A stretch of DNA of 64,000 bases from Chiloscyllium plagiosum (GCF_004010195.1 NC_057719.1:18807159-18871158); one strand, 5' to 3'; counted from the first letter of the stretch, positions 50,740-62,220 are shown. The notes: generated from the sequence alone by a model not told the origin. Made by a program: numbers and translations.

Positions 50740-51236
50740 CCACAACCCCGCACCGCCCGCTTCTACCTCCTGCCCAAAATCCACAAACATGACTGCCCCG
50801 GCCGACCCATTGTCTCCGCCTGCTCCTGCCCCACCGAACTCATCTCCGCTTACCTTGACACCGTCCTGTCCCCCTTAGTCCAAGAACTCCCCACCTACGT
50901 TCGGGACACCACCCATGCCCTCCACCTGCGCCATGATTTTCGCTTCCCCGGTCCCCAACGCCTTATTTTCACCATGGACAACCAGTCCCTGTACACCTCC
51001 ATCCCCCATCACGAAGGACTCAAAGCCCTCCGCTTCTTCCTTTCCCACCGTACCGACCAGTACCCTTCCACTGACACCCTCCTTCGACTGACTGAACTGG
51101 TCCTCACCCTGAACAACTTCTCCTTCCAATCCTCCCACTTCCTCCAAACGAAAGGAGTAGCCATGAGCACCCGCATGGGCCCCAGCTATGCCTGCCTCTT
51201 CATAGGAGATGTGGAACAGTCCATCTTCCACAACTA
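50740..51236 (+). CDS. PLE reverse transcriptase, partial, runs into the gap
   Basis: About 165 stop-free codons: RFYLLPKIHK...GRPIVS...TMDNQSLYTSIP...QTKGVAMSTRMGPSYACLF. Confidence 0.88.
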
Positions 51237-52032
51237 NNNNNNNNNNNNNNNNNNNNNNNNNNNNNNNNNNNNNNNNNNNNNNNNNNNNNNNNNNNNNNNN
51301 NNNNNNNNNNNNNNNNNNNNNNNNNNNNNNNNNNNNNNNNNNNNNNNNNNNNNNNNNNNNNNNNNNNNNNNNNNNNNNNNNNNNNNNNNNNNNNNNNNNN
51401 NNNNNNNNNNNNNNNNNNNNNNNNNNNNNNNNNNNNNNNNNNNNNNNNNNNNNNNNNNNNNNNNNNNNNNNNNNNNNNNNNNNNNNNNNNNNNNNNNNNN
51501 NNNNNNNNNNNNNNNNNNNNNNNNNNNNNNNNNNNNNNNNNNNNNNNNNNNNNNNNNNNNNNNNNNNNNNNNNNNNNNNNNNNNNNNNNNNNNNNNNNNN
51601 NNNNNNNNNNNNNNNNNNNNNNNNNNNNNNNNNNNNNNNNNNNNNNNNNNNNNNNNNNNNNNNNNNNNNNNNNNNNNNNNNNNNNNNNNNNNNNNNNNNN
51701 NNNNNNNNNNNNNNNNNNNNNNNNNNNNNNNNNNNNNNNNNNNNNNNNNNNNNNNNNNNNNNNNNNNNNNNNNNNNNNNNNNNNNNNNNNNNNNNNNNNN
51801 NNNNNNNNNNNNNNNNNNNNNNNNNNNNNNNNNNNNNNNNNNNNNNNNNNNNNNNNNNNNNNNNNNNNNNNNNNNNNNNNNNNNNNNNNNNNNNNNNNNN
51901 NNNNNNNNNNNNNNNNNNNNNNNNNNNNNNNNNNNNNNNNNNNNNNNNNNNNNNNNNNNNNNNNNNNNNNNNNNNNNNNNNNNNNNNNNNNNNNNNNNNN
52001 NNNNNNNNNNNNNNNNNNNNNNNNNNNNNNNN
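51237..52032. other. Assembly gap (796 N)
   Basis: Direct reading. Confidence 0.99.
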
Positions 52033-52204
52033 AACTCAGCACCGCCTTCCTAACCTGCAATCTTCTTCCCGACCTCTCCGCCCCCACCCCCGTCTGACCT
52101 ATCACCCTCACCTTGACCTCTTTCCACCTATCACATTTCCGACGCCCCTCCCCCAAGTCCCTCCTCCCTACCTTTTATCTTAGCCTGCTGGACACACTTT
52201 CCTC

Positions 52205-52240
52205 ATTCCTGAAGAAGGGCTTATGCCCGAAACGTCGATT
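52205..52240 (+). ncRNA. Minimal type I hammerhead ribozyme motif in the PLE pLTR
   Basis: CUGAAGA, extra A, stem II GGGC-UUAU-GCCC, GAAA, palindromic ACGU stem III, predicted cleavage after GUC (52236); stem I weak. Confidence 0.7.
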
Positions 52241-52769
52241 CTCCTGTTCCCTGGATGCTGCCTGACCTGCTGCGTTTTTCCAGCAACACATTTTCAACCC
52301 TACAGACTCCGACTCACGTTCCATGAGATTTGTCATATGGCATAACTTATTCACACATGCTCAGTACCTGTTCTCACAGTAAATATATGGTTAACTCTTT
52401 ACTCCCCAGAGCCAAAACATTTTGAAGAAATTTCTTCACCATTATTTGACCATGCAGGCTGTATTGAGGAACTTCAAAACAGATTCCATTCATATTGAAG
52501 TTTAGTGTATAAAAAACTCCTTTAAGCAGATATAGTTACATCTGTAAATGCTGTGAGTCAATAATACATTGTTGCTGTTCATTTATTAGTTTGTGTTTAT
52601 AAATTGGCTTTCCAACTTGCAGCATAAGTCATTGTCGAGTGAAGCATTGGCTCTGCCACCATTCAAGGTCAGGGCAACTTACAATAGAGCACTGGATAAT
52701 GCCAATTACAAAATGGTAAGGATTTTCCAATTAATGCTTATGCTTACTTAAAAATACAATTCAGCTCCA

Positions 52770-53555
52770 AGGAAATGCTTTTCTGACAGCAGAACTTCAT
52801 TGAGATGAGATATTAACCTGTGCAGTAGAGTATAAGAGCAAGAAGGTAAAGTTGGTTTTGTCCAGAGCATTGGTCAGGCAAAAACTGGAGTGCAGTTCCG
52901 GTCACCTCATCACAGGAAGGATGTGATAGCACTAGAGCACATTCAGAGGAAGTTCATCAGTTCTGGAGAAATTGAGTTATAAAGTGAGACTAGATTGGCT
53001 TGGACTGCTCTCTTTGGAGCAGAGAAGACTGAGGGGTGAGATAATTGAGGTGTATAGATTAAGACAGGTGTGGACAGGATGAATAGAGACCAGCTGTAAT
53101 GTGGACCTTTCTAAGCCATGGTACAAATGCAAAGAAGAGCAGATTAGTTATCCCTTGTAGGAAAAGTGAGGACTGTAGATGCTGGAGATCAAAGTCTAGA
53201 TTAGAGTGGTGCTGGAAAAGCACAGCAGGCCAGGCAGCCTGATGAAGGGCTTTTACCCGAAAGGTCGATTCTCCTGCTCCTCGGATGCTGCCTGACCTGC
53301 TGTGCTTTTCCAGCACGACTCTAATGTAGACAGTTATCCCTTGTGCCCTGGTCAATATTTATTCCTCAATCAATATCACCAAAACATTTTCTGGTCATTA
53401 TCATATTGCCATTTATGGAAATTATGGAATACATTTTGTTGCTATGTTTGCTAAATTATGAGATCAATTGTATTTTTTGAAAGAAATTAATTGGCTGCAA
53501 ACTGTTAGAGGGCTGCTCTGCAATGATGAAAAAGCAGGATACAAATTGGCCTTTT
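52770..53555 (+). mobile_element. DeuSINE interrupted by a CR1 fragment (about 52820-53092) and a PLE
   Basis: gatgagatattaacc; gaagagcag...ctggtcaatatttattcctcaatcaatatcacc...tctggtcattatca Deu-domain motifs. Confidence 0.6.
53159..53331. mobile_element. Inverted mini PLE, family A
   Basis: Perfect 13 bp TSD agttatcccttgt at 53146-53158 and 53332-53344; ctgatgaagggcttttacccgaaaggtc. Confidence 0.9.
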
Positions 53556-55204
53556 TTTTATTATTAGACAGGTCACAGAGAGACTGGAATCATCTTCAGC
53601 AATGGTATGGGACATTGACCCAAAATAGAAGTCAGAAGAGAACTCCAAAAATGTAAGAGCAACCTGTCCAAAAGAGAGAGAGAGTTGGGTTCTAACAAGG
53701 ATGCAGCTTTTCAAAGCATGAACAAAATGTCTGAAATCTCAAAGCGTGTAAAGTTTAAAAACAGCAATCAGATACTATACCTCAATTGAACAATCGCATT
53801 GTCAGTGCAAAATAAAAGAAGACAAATCTACAGCTCATATTAGGGACACAGATGGTCCGCTGGCAGCTTTGATGTTGGTCAACTAGATATTTCTTCTCCA
53901 GTGTCACATCATTGCTCAGTGCCATTTTACCAATACAGTTCTTGGTTTGTTAGCTAGCATTTTTGGACTGCACCGCATCCTTAGTAAAAAAAACACAGTA
54001 AATCACTTGTCAGTTCAAATAGAGGACTTCAAAGTATTTTTTCCCCTTAAAGGAGCATGTCACATCAGGTTGAATTCCTTTTCCTCAAAATTGGCAATGT
54101 GTCATAGTAAGCTCTTCGCATTTATCTAAATTCAGCCACTTGAAGCCACTGAAAAGATCTGAACATAAACATCACACAGTTCACCCATGCAACTGTGAAT
54201 CATTTTCAGGAATTATTACTTTATAATTGGTTGCCCTTTATGTATGAAAGCAGTGTGAAGTATTGTTTTGTTGAATAGGTCACATTGTATAGCTTGAGAA
54301 TTTTTCTATCAGTCACTGAGGCAACAATGGGTTCGATCATCACTCGTTCCATTGGGACAGATGGACTGGAAATCTATTCCTTTTCCGGCTCCTAACAAAA
54401 GTATTCGGGCCAGGATCTATTGGACTTGAATCCAGAGACAAAACTGTCCACATGTAACTTGTGTTAATTTAATTATCTCACTGCAGAGCAGCCAAAAGAA
54501 CAGAACAGCATGGCATTGTGGTGTAAGTGGCACAGCGTGTTGGTCTAGTAACACAAGGAATGGCAGGAAAACCGTTTTGCACCCTTGAGTTCCTATTCTC
54601 ACTCAGGCTATCTGAGCAGGTGCCAAGCAGATGACAAGCACTTACACACAGGAAGGTGGGAAACTCCACTCCTCCTGCACCCTGCTCTGTTCCAGAGCAC
54701 CACAGGCTACAGTCGGCTAACGTCAAAGGAACAGTAAGGAGGGTGGCAGGTACACAGAGAAAATTGTTAATTTTTTTTTGCATGGTTCTTGTAAAGTGCA
54801 GAGCTGCGTGATCTTGTTCATGAATTAAACCAACAGGATTCTCTCCGAGAGGTAATTTTAAGCTAATGGAACTGGCAAAATCCAGGCATGACCGTTAAAT
54901 TCAGCCAAGTTATTTACCTGTTCTGAATCAGTGCCAGAGAAAGCCCACAAATGTAATTTTGTTTGGGCTTAGCAGTAGCTGGCCCCACAAGAAAAGTAGA
55001 GGTTATTCCTTCCTTGAAATCACAGCTAATGATTTATATAATGTGTTTTAATAGTTACTATTTCCAAAGTGAAAGCAATTTGCAACAAAAGTAGCATGAT
55101 TACAGCAGACCACAATTGTACAACTTACAAATGCATTTTTCCAAACTTTTTAAGCTACAGGTTGCCCACTATACAATAACAAAAAAAAACACTCCTAAGC
55201 AAAT

Positions 55205-55450
55205 AAAAGGAAAAGAAAAACTACAGATGTTGAAAATCTGAAATATAAACAGAAAATTCTGGAGAAACTCAGCAGGTTTGGCAGCAATGGTAGAGGGAGA
55301 AATGTTTGAAAACTGATTTGAATTTTCAACAGAACTGAAAGAATACTCACGGTTGTAATGCTGCTGAGTGGGGAGGAGGAGCGAGCAGAGCAGAGCAGAG
55401 GATGCCAAGAGCAAAGGTCAAGGGAATGCTCATGGTAATAAAAGAAAATA
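55205..55450 (-). mobile_element. Old PLE terminal fragment
   Basis: cagatgttgaaaatctgaaat...ctggagaaactcagcaggt. Confidence 0.55.
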
Positions 55451-55665
55451 GGAGTGTGCTTTTAGACATTCTACAACCTCAATGATGGTCATTGACAGGA
55501 GCTGGTGATATGGCCCTGAATCTCATTGTTCACTTTGGCCTGCACATCGCTCCTTTTGCCTTCCTTAGATGAGATTCAGTTCCTTGATGAGTTGCATGAA
55601 TGCACTTCTTTGAGTTCTAATAACTCTAGTAACTATTGTATAAGTTGCAGCCTGGGAGACAGTGG

Positions 55666-55990
55666 TCATAGGATCACAGGGCCATAGAGATGTACAGAAT
55701 AGAAACAGACCCTTCGGTCCAACTCTTCCATGCCAACTGGTTATCCTAAATTAATCTAGTCCCATTTGCCAGCATATGGTCCATATCCCTCTATACCCAC
55801 CCAGATGCCTTTGAAATGATGCACCAGCCTCCACCACTTCCTCTGGCAGTTTATTAATTTCACACAATACCTTCTGCATGAAAAGGTTGCTCTTCAGGTC
55901 TCATTTCAATCTCTCTTCCTTCACCTTAAACCTATGCCCTCTAGTTTTGGACTCCCCTACTCTGGGAAAGAGACCTTGGCTATTCACCTT
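55666..55990 (-). mobile_element. CR1 3' end
   Basis: FPRVGESKTRGHRFKV and 3'UTR. Confidence 0.85.
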
Positions 55991-56368
55991 GATGCTAATG
56001 GGCTTATAATCCAGAGGCCCAGGCCAATGGTCATTAGCAACGAGTTCAAATGCCTCTATGATAACTGGTGGGACTTGAATTTTGATAACAAGTCTGGGTT
56101 TAAAGTTATTATCAGTGATGATGATCATGAAACTGGCACGCATTGCTGCAAAACCCCACTGAATTCATTAATGCCCTTCAGGGAGTGAAATTTGCCATTT
56201 TTATGTGGTCGGGCCTACATATGACTCCAGATGTGCTGCTTTGTTGTTGTCCCTTAATAGCTTTCTGAGATGGTCTCGAGCATCAATCAGTTCAAGAACA
56301 ATTAATGATAACAGCAAACACTGGCATTGCCAGCAACATCTGCACCCATGAAAGGACAATGATAAAAA
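55991..56368 (+). mobile_element. SINE family 2, longer variant
   Basis: gagttcaaat B-box; gcccttcaggga..ggcctacatatgactccaga; tail. Confidence 0.75.
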
Positions 56369-56528
56369 TCTTTCCTACAGTGACGTTGATGCTTTCAGGC
56401 CATTCTTCCACCACAACGCCTTGTAGTACATGCAGAGTTGTGTCCTCTCTTGTAGTTTGCTCTATTTGAACAACATGTTTGACTTCAAGATCCAATGTCT
56501 CCTCTGGGTTGCTGGCTTCCAGAGCATG

Positions 56529-56619
56529 GTCAAGATTAGAGTGATGCTGGAAAAGTACAGAGGTCAGACAGCATCTGAGGAACAGGAAAATCGATGTTTC
56601 TGGCAAAAGTCCTTCATCA
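56529..56619 (-). mobile_element. Mini PLE in Gypsy pol
   Basis: TSD ggcttccaga(gc/at)atg at 56514-56528 and 56620-56634. Confidence 0.8.
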
Positions 56620-56968
56620 GGCTTCCAGAATATGTTGAGCTGTTGATTCTCTTTGAATCTGGAAGGTTTCACACCCTGTTTTTGCATCCTTAACTTTCTT
56701 CATAGTCAATACTATTCCCAATAGTGTGTGCATTAAGTACATCTGCTTCCTTTGCTCATATGGCAAGCTCAGATGATATTTCTTCAAATTAAGTAACATT
56801 CTTTGCAGAAGCTTTGTAGCAGATATAAATGGTTTAAGAGAAATACTTTTTAAGTGGCTTGTGGTTGGAGTCTGTTGTCACTTTTTGTTCCCAATTAAAT
56901 ATTGATTAAAATACTCACATGCAAAGACAATAGCCACTCTTTCTCCAACTGTGCATAGCATCTTTCAG

Positions 56969-57176
56969 GAGAAAGTGAGGTCTGCAGATGCTGGAGATCA
57001 GAGCTGAAAATGTGTTGCTGGAAAAGCGCAGCAGGTCAGGCAGCATCCAGGGAACAGGAGAATCGACGTTTCAGGCATAAGCCCTTCCTGAAGAAGGGCT
57101 TATGCCCGAAACGTCGATTCTCCTGTTCCCTGGATGCTGCCTGACCTGCTGCGCTTTTCCAGCAACACATTTTCAG
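56969..57176. mobile_element. Young fold-back mini PLE, family A
   Basis: Perfect TSD catagcatctttcag at 56954-56968 and 57177-57191; 84 bp inverted arms. Confidence 0.93.
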
Positions 57177-57329
57177 CATAGCATCTTTCAGTCCTGGATG
57201 CATATGCACTAACTTACCCTTGCAGTATCAGTGTTTTTCCAAGTTCTTTCACTGGCATCACTCCACAATGTGATTTCATCATTGACAAAATTATTTTACT
57301 TGGAGAAGTGAAGGTTGAGAGGAGACCAG

Positions 57330-57690
57330 ATAGAAAAGTAAAAGATAATGAAGGGCACAGATAGGGGATAGTGAAGTGCTTTCCTATGATTGCAATGGTC
57401 AATAACCAGGAGTACAGATCTAAGGTAAAATGCAGAAGGCTACAGAGAGAGATAAGGAGAATATTTTTCACCCAGAAGATGGTGAGAAACTGGAACTCAC
57501 TGTCTGAAAAGGTCAGAAACTAAAGTAATATCCAGGCAGTATTTAGATAATCATTTGCATTTCCATAGCCTCCAAGGGTTTTGGACGAAAGCTGGAAGGC
57601 TGGGTTAGTGTGATCAGACCTTTGTTGATTGGCAAAGACACAATGGCCTGAATGACCTTCACCTTAGCTATAAATGTCTATGAGTCTATA
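57330..57690 (+). mobile_element. CR1-like 3' fragment
   Basis: tttttcacccagaagatggtgagaaactggaactcactg; ctataaatgtctatgagtctat tail. Confidence 0.65.
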
Positions 57691-57964
57691 ATGTTTCAAC
57701 ATTGGCCCTGTTGTCACTAGGTGTTTGTTTCTGGTGAAAGCTACTTCTTGTTCTGTACCCTAATACCACTGCAGATCCTTAATCGTGAACTGGTGTAGAG
57801 GTTAGCACTCGGATGACAAACGCAGTGAGGACTTTGCTAAATAATTCCCCATTGCAACAAATCATTGTAATACGTTCACGTCCGTTGACCATTGCATCTC
57901 TCTCACAGTCTCACTTTGACAGAATCCAGGTGAAACCCTTAACTGTTAGTATGTGATCTATGTA

Positions 57965-58287
57965 TAATAAAGTCCCCATTATCTGGATCCCAAGCAACTA
58001 GAATTCTTATGCAACTGGCATCCAAGATTATAAAGGGGACTTCAGAATGCTTTATTAAAACTAATTCAAGACTGACCTTAAACCTCTCTTATTTGCTGTC
58101 AGCAACATTTCCCAGATTCAAATGGGAACCATTTGTTTGTTCAATACATTTTTCAAATACACATTTCGCTTACAGTCATGATGAGTTGAATTCTTCCAGC
58201 CACTTTGTATATGTCTCATGCCACTGGCAGATTCATGAAACCGGCAATGCTATTCCCTATGGATGTCGGAGATCAGGGAGATTACTG
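57965..58287. mobile_element. Tigger-like MITE inserted at TA in Gypsy RT
   Basis: Removing it restores KVRY|IDHILTVKG; TA on both sides; degenerate TIR ending ...attactg. Confidence 0.7.
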
Positions 58288-58841
58288 TACCTGACTTTGA
58301 GTATCATTAAGTGCATCTTCTTTTTGTCCAACTTCAGGTTCATCTGGTAACCTCTTTCTAGCAGCTGCACTGGATTCTTATTGTGGCCTGCAATGACTTT
58401 TTTCATTGTGTCTTCACATCCATAGACTAGCAGCTCATTCACAATAGCTTCCACTCTGGAAAGATCACTGAATATCTTGTGCCATCTGCATTGATACTTT
58501 TCCAGAGCAGTGGAAATGCCAAATGGCATGCATAACCATCTGTATCTCCCAAATGGTGTCCAGAATGTAGTTAGAAAATCAATGCTTTCATCCAGCTTCA
58601 CTTGCCAATATCCATCCTTTAGATTGGGAGTTAGAAAGACCTTTGCCTTAGCAAATTGTGGCAAAATTTCTTCAATGATTGGCATCGGGTAATAAGAGCT
58701 TTATTAAGATCCTTTAGATCAATGCATGCACCTTTCTTCATAGGCTTTTTTCACAGCGATCATGCTATTAAATCAGATGGTAGCATTTGTCCCTTTTTTG
58801 ATTATTCCCTTTAAAAACTCCCTTGTCTTGTTTTTCTTGTT

Positions 58842-58898
58842 GGCTGGACAGGTTGGACCGAAGGGTCTGTTTCCATGCTGTACCTCTCTATGACTCTA
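58842..58898 (+). mobile_element. CR1 extreme 3' tail
   Basis: ttggaccgaagggtctgtttccatgctgtacctctctatgactcta. Confidence 0.8.
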
Positions 58899-61262
58899 CA
58901 TTTATGTTCAAAATGATTCATCTTCTTGCAGTTAAAAACTGCTTTCTCCAAGTTGGACATGCTTTATTTTCTTTTCGGTAGTGTTCTCTGTGAAAGTTAC
59001 ACCCTGAACTTGAATCTTCATCATTCTGCTGGCCCCTTTACAAAGATCTTTCTGTCACCAGTTCTATCGTTGTGTGTAAGGCCTTCAAAACTTCTCCAGT
59101 CTGAATTGTTTGCACTTCTGTGAGATTTAGGGTGTAGTGCAGTTCAAAGCCTTCTTTTCCCAGCATTGATAACAGAGTAGCTACTCTTATTTGTTCAGGC
59201 TTCCTGTTCAAACCTGTAATTACCTCATAGATTTGTTACTGAGACTGGGAGAAATTCTAATTCTGTCTTGTATTGACTTTCACATCCACTGCGCTGAGGA
59301 CTTGAAAATTCACAGCCACCCTGACTCACTGAAGAATTCAAAGTTGCGGACTGCTATTCTAATTCTTCTTTGTTATCCTTTGCTGTAACTGGCTGTCTTC
59401 CAGCTTTGAAACCCCACACTATTCCAGCTGCATGCTTCTATTGCCATGGTTTATATGGTGTTTTAATGATTGCAACAGTATTTCTAAAGTAAAAGAAAAT
59501 TACAGCAGAGGTTATATAGCAAGCCACAATCATAAAACGTGCAAACTGCATTTCTCCAAACACTACATTGGTGTTTGAGAGAGACCTGAGTGATTTTCCA
59601 CCACATCCTTCATCTTTCTGGGAACTGAAGGTAAGTTAGCTGCAGGATTTTTTTTAGACATGGAAGAACTCATTGCTGGCATAACAAGTGTGTTTATAAA
59701 TTACACTTACACTCACTTGCCTTGAACAGGCTGGAGGGAAAATCAGGCCCTGATTTCAGAAATTCTGGGTTGAGATTCTGGACTGAAAAATGCAAATATA
59801 ACTGTGATGAACTAGAACAGTAATGCTAGACTAGCTTTCAAGTAACATTATCAAAACTACAAGGCACCTGCATCAATGCATTTCCAGTTACCCACAGGAA
59901 TATTACAATGTCTAACCTGATAGTACACTGCCCAATGCATGCATCAGAAGGTCTTTGGTGCTTTATTTTAGCATTTGAATTAATTATGACATCTGAAAAA
60001 AGCATTAAAGAGCTTCACATAAATGTCAATGCACTCTCAAAGAGCAGAAGCAAGTTGGAGCTGGTACAGTTCCTCATTGCTATTTCCGAGAGCTGGAGAG
60101 CACATCATTGGGTAAAGTGTGGATCTGACTCAAAGCTGCACATCATGACGTATGCCATATTTGAAATCAATGGGTATTACTCAATGGGATTCCTACATCT
60201 GGATCTAAACACAAGAAATTGCAATACAGGTATCAGTGAAATACATCAAACAAGAAAAAAATCAGGAAATATACATATATTGCCACGGTCAAAAGCAGGT
60301 ATGATGTGAATAGATTCACTTGAAATGCAAGATTACTTCATTGCCTTTTTTTCAACCATTCACAGGAGGTGGGTGTTACTGCTAAGTCAGGGAAGCACTT
60401 ACTGTCCATCTCCACTTGCCCTTGAAAAGATGGTGTGCACATCTGTGCAATTTGCACCAATGCACTTCAACTCCCGAGAATAAGCAATTCCTTCACGAAG
60501 TGAGGATTTGACTACAGAATTTATGCAACCGGTATCTGAAAGGAAAAGAGATGTCAGTATTTTAGATGGAAGTTGTCATCAAAGCTCGGGCAATGGGCAG
60601 ACAGAAGTATCTTCCTTGGACTGATCAAAACAAGTGGGCGGGAGATGAGACCAAAGTGAAGCTGACTACTTCTACAGAGAAAGAGACATGGATAATACAT
60701 TTTTATCGCTCTATTTTTTAAAAAAACTTTAATCTTCATTTATAGACTGTGAAGATTTGCGGAGATCAGGTCCATTTGATTGAGATGTATAGCCACAAAT
60801 ATACCAGATGCATTTTACTGCCAATTTTTTTCAAAGTTCCTTTCGAAACAATATGTAGGCTTCTGTTCATAAAATAAGAGAGGGTTTTATCATATAGTTC
60901 TGCATTCAATTAGTGGAAAGTGAAGTATTGAATAAGAACAATTTTGGATGTAAGTAAGATTGCTTTTGACAAAATAGAAGGTGCTGTTGCCATGGTGAAG
61001 TATATTAATAATATTTCCAGATAGGAGAGAAGGCCGCTTATACAACAGGGGTTCTAATGACATTTGTGCCTCACAAATCACTTGGAAAATGACAAATTTA
61101 TTAGTGTCCTCCTGAATTAAACCAAAACTAAAGATTTTTTTAAAACTTAGAAAAAATCCAACAAAAGAGAACATAAACATTTTTAGTAACAATTCATTTT
61201 ATTCGAAACAAGGGATTAAACAGATTCACATATTAATATGGCTGATGTTGGACTGCAATGAG

Positions 61263-61351
61263 GCGAAAGTGAGGACTGCAGATGCTGGAAACCAGAGTCT
61301 AGATTAGAGTGGTGCTGGAAAAGGTCAGGCAGCATCCGAGGGGCAAGACTC
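61263..61351 (-). mobile_element. Mini PLE, family A
   Basis: Perfect 15 bp TSD ttggactgcaatgag at 61248-61262 and 61352-61366. Confidence 0.88.
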
Positions 61352-61981
61352 TTGGACTGCAATGAGTTTGGCTAATGCATTCCACTTTCTGGGCTCACTT
61401 GGGGGTAAAGAATTGTTCTCTTCATAAAGCAACAAGGCAGCCCAAGAACTCAGATGCCGAATCTACCACCTCTTCAGGCACAGAAGTCCAAAGATTCCAA
61501 ATGTGGCACTTCTGAGGGTAAAGGGAAAGGACTGCATCTAAACTGCACGTTTTCCATTTGCTGAATCTGCGATCATCAAAGCAAACAATATCAAAAGTTT
61601 GAACATAAATACAAGCTCTGACACAATTCTTTTGGCAGAAAATCACTAGTTGTACGACTTAAAATGTAATTCTGCCCCCAGCTGGCAAATTAACAAATAT
61701 GGCAGAACGTGATTTTCTGTAGTAAGTAGTTTTTTAGAATTTTAGTAGCTTTTTGAAGCCCAAATTGATTTATTGCTTTTCCTTTACGTTTCTCCAGGCA
61801 CTTTGTTGAAGTGCAGGTAAAAACATCAGACAATCAGGAAACATTCCGTAACATTTATAATAATTGACAAGACTGCTCAGTGTTTGGTATGGAAGGGGGA
61901 TGGGGTGTTCAAAATATATGTCAGATTCTGAAGATTGACATTGCACCTTGCTTGATAAGTAAGCTTAAGTTCCCTGCAAGC

Positions 61982-62220
61982 AAAGAAAGACTTGCATTTA
62001 TATAGTGCCTTTCACAACCTCAGCTTTTTACACTTAATGTAATGAAGTACTTTTGAATTACAATCATTCTTTTAACAGAAAAATGTCAGATTCAGTAATG
62101 TCTGTTAAGGATAAATATTAATCTCTTAATCTTCCTCAAATCTCTAACATGCAACCAAGAGGAAAGATGGGATCTCTATTTAACATTACCTTCAAATGAC
62201 AGCACCATAATAATGCAACT
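61982..62220 (-). mobile_element. Degenerate DeuSINE
   Basis: aaagacttgcatttatatagtgcctttcacaacctcag tail. Confidence 0.55.

Larger units (their letters stand above)
50741..52295 (+). mobile_element. Young 5'-truncated Penelope-like element, family A
   Basis: Perfect 15 bp TSD aaccctacagactcc at 50726-50740 and 52296-52310; RT frame; pLTR with hammerhead. Confidence 0.93.
55490..59280 (-). mobile_element. Decayed Mag-clade Ty3/Gypsy element (gag, RT, RNase H, integrase Zn-finger) with seven insertions
   Basis: gag YEVITGL..KPEQIRVATLLSMLG; RT KDGYWQVKLD...TPFGRYRWLCMPFG; RH YAQLEKE..AIVFACE..NHKPL; IN HATHQG. Confidence 0.85.

Noticed and set aside
50974..52183. 318-359 aa ORFs in the ORF track
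   Set aside because: Length is an artefact of the N gap; only the pre-gap PLE RT frame is real.
59908..60309. 133 aa ORF in unique sequence
   Set aside because: No recognisable domain or splice context; compatible with chance.
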